Below the pieces are notes generated by a model. It was not told the DNA's origin and did no database searches. It saw only the letters and a list, made by a program, of their open reading frames with translations. 64,000 bases of DNA. Origin: Chlorokybus atmophyticus. Its lineage: Eukaryota; Plantae; Mesostigma and Chlorokybus algae. This document shows positions 59,649 through 64,000 of this stretch, piece by piece (the first letter of the stretch is position 1; every line of letters starts with the position of its first letter). The translations under genes and the position numbers were made by a program. The DNA lies in NCBI GenBank assembly GCA_009103225.1, contig RHPI01002568.1:199742-263741 (forward strand), in the 5' to 3' direction.

Positions 59649-60385
59649 CTTGGCGCTCACCGATGGCGCCCCCACGTTGATGTTGGGGCTGATGTTGGGA
59701 CTGACTGTGGTTGTGTTGTGGATGTGCACAGTCGGGCTTGGAGGGGCGTTAGCGCTGCTGCTGCTGTTGTTGCTGTTCGTGGTCGTGTTGGTGGTGTTGT
59801 GGCTGTTGACCGTGTTGTTGCTGTTGTACATTGGGGGAAAGCCCAGGGGGGCGCCATAAGGACCTGCTTTGAAGTTGCATGTGACAGTCAGAACACATAT
59901 GTGTGTGTGTGTGTGTGTGTGTGCGTGTGTAACGCTCAAGTTGTTTGTAAGTACCAGGGTAGTAAGGTGCCGACGGCTGCATGTTGTTGTACGGCGGCAT
60001 CTGCTGCTGCTGCTGCTGTTGCGGCCACACTGGCGCTACGCCAGGAAACGGAACTGGGGCCTGTGCAGCATAGTACACAGGGGGGGAGGGAGAGCCGCCC
60101 TGATTGACAGATACAGATGCATCGTGAGACATGAGAGTTGGAACGTTGACCCCTTGCATGACTTGTCTGAACTGACTGGAACAGGAGGCATGTTGCATGC
60201 AGTAGCGACATATCCACCCACACTTGCACTCATACCTGCGCGTGCAATTGCGTGTCGGGTGTTGTATTTGTGTTGGACTTGTTGGGTGCGTTGACCGCGA
60301 CGGCGGCCCCGTGGCTGCCAGTGACGTTGATGACTGTGGCCTGGTCCTTGTGTGCAGCCGCCCCCGCACTCATGCAGCCACCCAT
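59649..60385 (-). CDS. Small low-complexity protein with N-terminal MGGCMS (predicted myristoylation/palmitoylation); first three exons only, 3' end unresolved
   Basis: Exons 60385-60236, 60171-59955 and 59863-59649 join with GT-AG and consistent phases (0, 1, 0) into a stop-free 194-aa frame: MGGCMSAGAAAHKDQATVINV...FRQVMQGVNV...QQQQQQQMPPY...GPYGAPLGFPPMYNSNNTVNSHNTTNTTTNSNN...NINVGAPSVSAK. Confidence 0.6.
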
Positions 60386-61571
60386 CTTCCTCCCAACCAG
60401 TCAGATGTGACCGCTACTACTTAGAAAACGTGTTGTGCTTATGCTCACTGCAATTTCGTGCCACAAACACCTGCGCCAAAACCAATGCTTGGTCGCTACC
60501 CAGCTCGCGATGTTAATTCCAATGCATGGTGAGCACGTGTTTGCTTGCAGGCACATGCAGAAAGACAATGACACACATACACGTATGAAGGCCGCCTTTA
60601 TGGGTGCAATACCCACACGCAGGTGCCGTCACGCACACAAAGTTGACATACGCACGCACAACAACAACACATTATCAGCGCTAGCAGTAGTACCGACTCA
60701 CCCTTTCTCGAACATCATCTCGGGCTAAACACTTGCCTTGCCAATTGCAAAAAGGCTCGCACTATGCGTGATATATGACATAAGCAGAAAAAACGATGCA
60801 TCTTTCCTGTTTGCACCCACCTTACGCACTCCGAGTCGCCATGGCTTCAGTGACCAAGCATACACAACCCACGCAAACAGCGGGGCTGGCGTGCCCCTAC
60901 GCCACTCACCACTTCCCACTCCACGCGGATGCTGTGTGATGTGTGTCTCTGTCTGTGTGTTGGGTGTGTGTGGCTGCTGGGGAAGGGTTGGGCGGGAGGT
61001 GTGTGTGTGCTGCTTTTGGGTACACCTTTGCTTGCTTGTGCAGCAGTGGTGTCTGTGCTGGAGAAAATAGACACCACCGCTGCTGCTGCTGGAGGAGGCG
61101 TCTATTTTGGAGCCAGTCCATGTTTAGTCTCCGAGGTCAGAGGCTGACTAGCCCCCCCCCCCCCCANAGATTACTGCCACCTGGTACGCACACTGATATA
61201 TCGAGGGTGCGCTTTTAGAGCTCCAGAATAACACTACATCATTTGGTAAACAGTGCAGTTTGCAAACATTCAATTAGACGACTCTCCGTGCGCCATGATC
61301 ATGGAGAGTGGGCAGGCGGTCACTGCCGTCGTGACTCTGTGTTGCGTTTGACCGCGCACGTGCTTCAGCCACAATGCAGCCCCGAGAGAGCTTTTCTCCG
61401 CAACACTTTGCCGTCAACACACTGCCGGCGGCGGCCGCATCATCGTCATCGTCAGCATTGTCGTCGTCGTGGCCGAGGGCAGGCCTGACTTAGGCAGACA
61501 TGCGGTAGGGAAGCAGGTGTGGTGGAAGAAGGTGTGGAACATAGAGGGCTAGGCGGATTCTGTCGTGCTGG

Positions 61572-61995
61572 ATGGGGAGGGGAAGGCCGCCTTCAGGGGC
61601 GGCAGCGGTGGTGTTGGTGGCGTTGCTGACAGCATGCGCAAGTACGCTGCAGCTGGTTTCCGCTCTGCCAGCTCAGGGTAAGACGAGGTCAAGCTGCTTC
61701 TGTGGTATATTCATGTTGCTTGGTCCAGCAACAGCCTTACAATTTGGAGGAAAGATCAGCAACCTGGTCACCATGCAGCTGCTGCCAAGTTGGTCTAGTG
61801 GATACTTCGCTTGGATTAACGTTGTTTGGAGGGTCAGAGATTTGTCTTAAGTATGTTGGTTGTTGTGTCCATTGTCATATGCAGGTAGCAGGCTGAGCAG
61901 CTCCCTGCGCCACGAGCATGAACTGCACCAGCAGAGGCATGCTTTGCTGCTTGAAGATCGCGGCGCACAGCAACAGCAAGGAGCTGCTATTCCTG
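61572..61995 (+). CDS. Putative secreted protein, first two exons (signal peptide); remainder unresolved
   Basis: Exon 61572-61677 (MGRGRPPSGAAAVVLVALLTACASTLQLVSALPAQG|gtaag) and phase-compatible exon 61885-61995 (SRLSSSLRHEHELHQQRH...AAIP|gtgag). Candidate third exons reach a stop quickly. Confidence 0.45.
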
Positions 61996-62438
61996 GTGAG
62001 CACAAATCATTGCCACCATTTCACATGACACAGTAAATGATGGCCTGGTGCTTCTAGCCGAGCTTGGTCAATGGTTTTTGCGCGCAGTACGTCGAAATTG
62101 TGCACAGCTGGAAGCCGTTAGCTGGAAGCCGTTTGCTTACGGTTGTAAGCAAACGGCTTTCAGCTGTTACGTTGGTGTTCTTATGCTTTATGCTTTAAGC
62201 GCACACACGAGCTCACGCGCGTGCACGCATGCCCGCACGCACGCACACTTACACATACACAAGAGCGCGCGCACGCACAGCTACAGACGAACCCTTAGGT
62301 GCAACAAGCACGTACTCAGCTTGCTTGTTCTTGAACCCTGCATTCAAAACAGAACAGGCACAGCTGACACATTGCATATCGCTCCACCCCCCCCCCCCCC
62401 TCCCAAAACAAACAAAGAACAAACAACAACATGGGGAC

Positions 62439-62474
62439 ATTATTATTATATTATTATTATTATTATTATTATTA
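62439..62474. repeat. (ATT)n microsatellite, slightly imperfect
   Basis: Directly visible. Confidence 0.9.
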
Positions 62475-63595
62475 CGGCGAAGAGATGTCCCAAACAGCTT
62501 CCCACACTTTCAGTTCAGCCTCACTCCTGCACACTGGCCAGCAGCACATGACGAGTCGTTCGCCTGTCATTATTGACGATTGACGACAACCGCCAAATAT
62601 ATGTGCAGCGGTCCTCCACGACAGTTCCGTTATGCCGGACTGACCTGACAGGTCAGAGTCAAAGCTGCCGACCTGTCACACGTGAGATACGTCATCGAAC
62701 GTCGTGATACGGCCTGCCACATATCTAGAAGCCGCAGCAGTGGCGTGTGGCATAGGCTGCCAATGCCGCAGATGCCTATAGTAGGCACCTACTGTCTGAC
62801 AGGCAGACAGAGAGCCAGAGTAATGGAGTACAGCTTATAGGCAGAGTATAGGCAGATTGTAGGGGGTGTACTGAATTCTATCAAAGCTTTGTGTAACAAT
62901 AACGGCGACGGTTGATTGGGCGTCTGCTGAGGACTGCTGCAGTCCGACCGCATCACACAGTGTAGATTTTACACTCGCTACCACAACATACTGCGCTAAT
63001 GCAGATGTCCTTCAAATGTGCTTATTTTGCCCCCCACCCCCGGGGGAGGGGGGCCGCCACAATAATTCTAGTGCACGTGGCGGCTGCCCTAATTTGGCTG
63101 CCTGGCTGGCTGCCTGGACGCTGCGCCCACAGCATCAGCATAGTGTCGAGTGGGTTAGAGGCCAGGCCACGACTGCAAGACGGTGGGTGGGTGCGTGTGA
63201 AGTCAGTCAGTACACACTCCAACATTACAGCCCTGGCCTGCCAGCCTTGCGCACTCACGGTGGCCACCGAGTACACACATATCCGTCTGCCTACACACAC
63301 ATGTGTCACGCCATCAACTTAGACTCTGTGACTGCGCCGCTTACTTAGCACATGTAGTAGAGAACACACCTGGTGTGGTGAGGTGTGTACCCCCCCCCTC
63401 CTTCCCCGAAGCTGCTCTGCATGCTTTTGTAGTTTGCCGGGGGTCACACAGCACTGAATCTGACAAGTCCTGTGTGACCCAATGAGTCCTTCCAGTCGAA
63501 ATTGTCTTTGATCAAAGCAGCAGCAGTTGATCTTTCTCTCCCCGCAACAAAACTCCTCCTCCACCTCTCCTCCTTTGTTCCCCACACCTACAAGC

Positions 63596-64000
63596 ATGAC
63601 GCGGCTACCACCTCCTCCAACACGTTGCCCCCATCACAGCTGCATGCAATACTTCGTCATCATATCACTGGCATTCCTGTGCATGCTCTCCCCCTGCACT
63701 GCCAGTAGTACTCCACCCTGCTCCTGGTACTCCTCCTCGGACCCGCAGTCCGCCTGCGCCACGCTGCTCTCCGCCGACTCCAAAAGCTTCTTCGACTACG
63801 CCGCCAAGCTATTAGACCCGCCCGCTGTGGTCAAAGAACATGCTTACGCCACATGCACCATCGCGTTCTCCGTCAAGGTGCGTGTGCGTGTGAGTTCGAG
63901 TGAGTGCGAAAGGTTGCACGACAGTTGGTTGATAACATACCAACACAGGTGACTGGCATCCCGACGTCGTACATGCCGTACGAGCTGGCGATAGCCAAAA
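63596..64000 (+). CDS. 5' end of a putative secreted protein gene continuing beyond the window
   Basis: ATG at 63596 or 63644; signal-like MQYFVIISLAFLCMLSPCTAS; exon ends ...CTIAFSVK|gtgcgt at 63877; next exon from 63949 (cag|VTGIPTSYMPYELAIAK) is in phase and open to the window end. Confidence 0.6.

Overview
Eukaryotic draft-assembly sequence with GT-AG introns, (CA)n/poly-G tracts and five N gaps. It is probably from a green alga; that is an inference from intron style and composition. Most of the window is a cluster of seven paralogs, labelled here A (7.7-9.5 kb, +), B (15.1-19.2, -), C (22.5-26.0, +), D (32.2-36.9, -), F (40.4-46.0, +), G (48.7-50.6, -) and H (54.0-57.4, +). They share five coding exons encoding an N-terminal MLKL/UND-like four-helix bundle, a U-box and a long armadillo (ARM) array. 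Six of them form three head-to-head pairs (B/C, D/F, G/H) with start codons 3.3-3.5 kb apart. ARM arrays are built from a three-repeat module, and by-eye repeat counts differ only in multiples of three (7, 10, 10, 13, 19, 22, 31). B and C are intact; F is intact for about 1250 aa with a decayed tail; G is ARM-only; A, D and H are pseudogenes. This birth-and-death, paired, modular layout resembles NLR immune-receptor loci, which is a hypothesis. Also present: a decayed Gypsy-like retroelement carrying a C5 cytosine methyltransferase domain (0.8-6.4 kb), a 531-bp miniature LTR element with a 5-bp TSD and tRNA-like A/B boxes (9710-10240), remnants of a small single-pass membrane protein family next to several PUB 3' ends, a small gene with an MGGCMS N-terminus, and the starts of two signal-peptide genes at the right end. 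All exon structures were read by eye and need RNA-seq confirmation.
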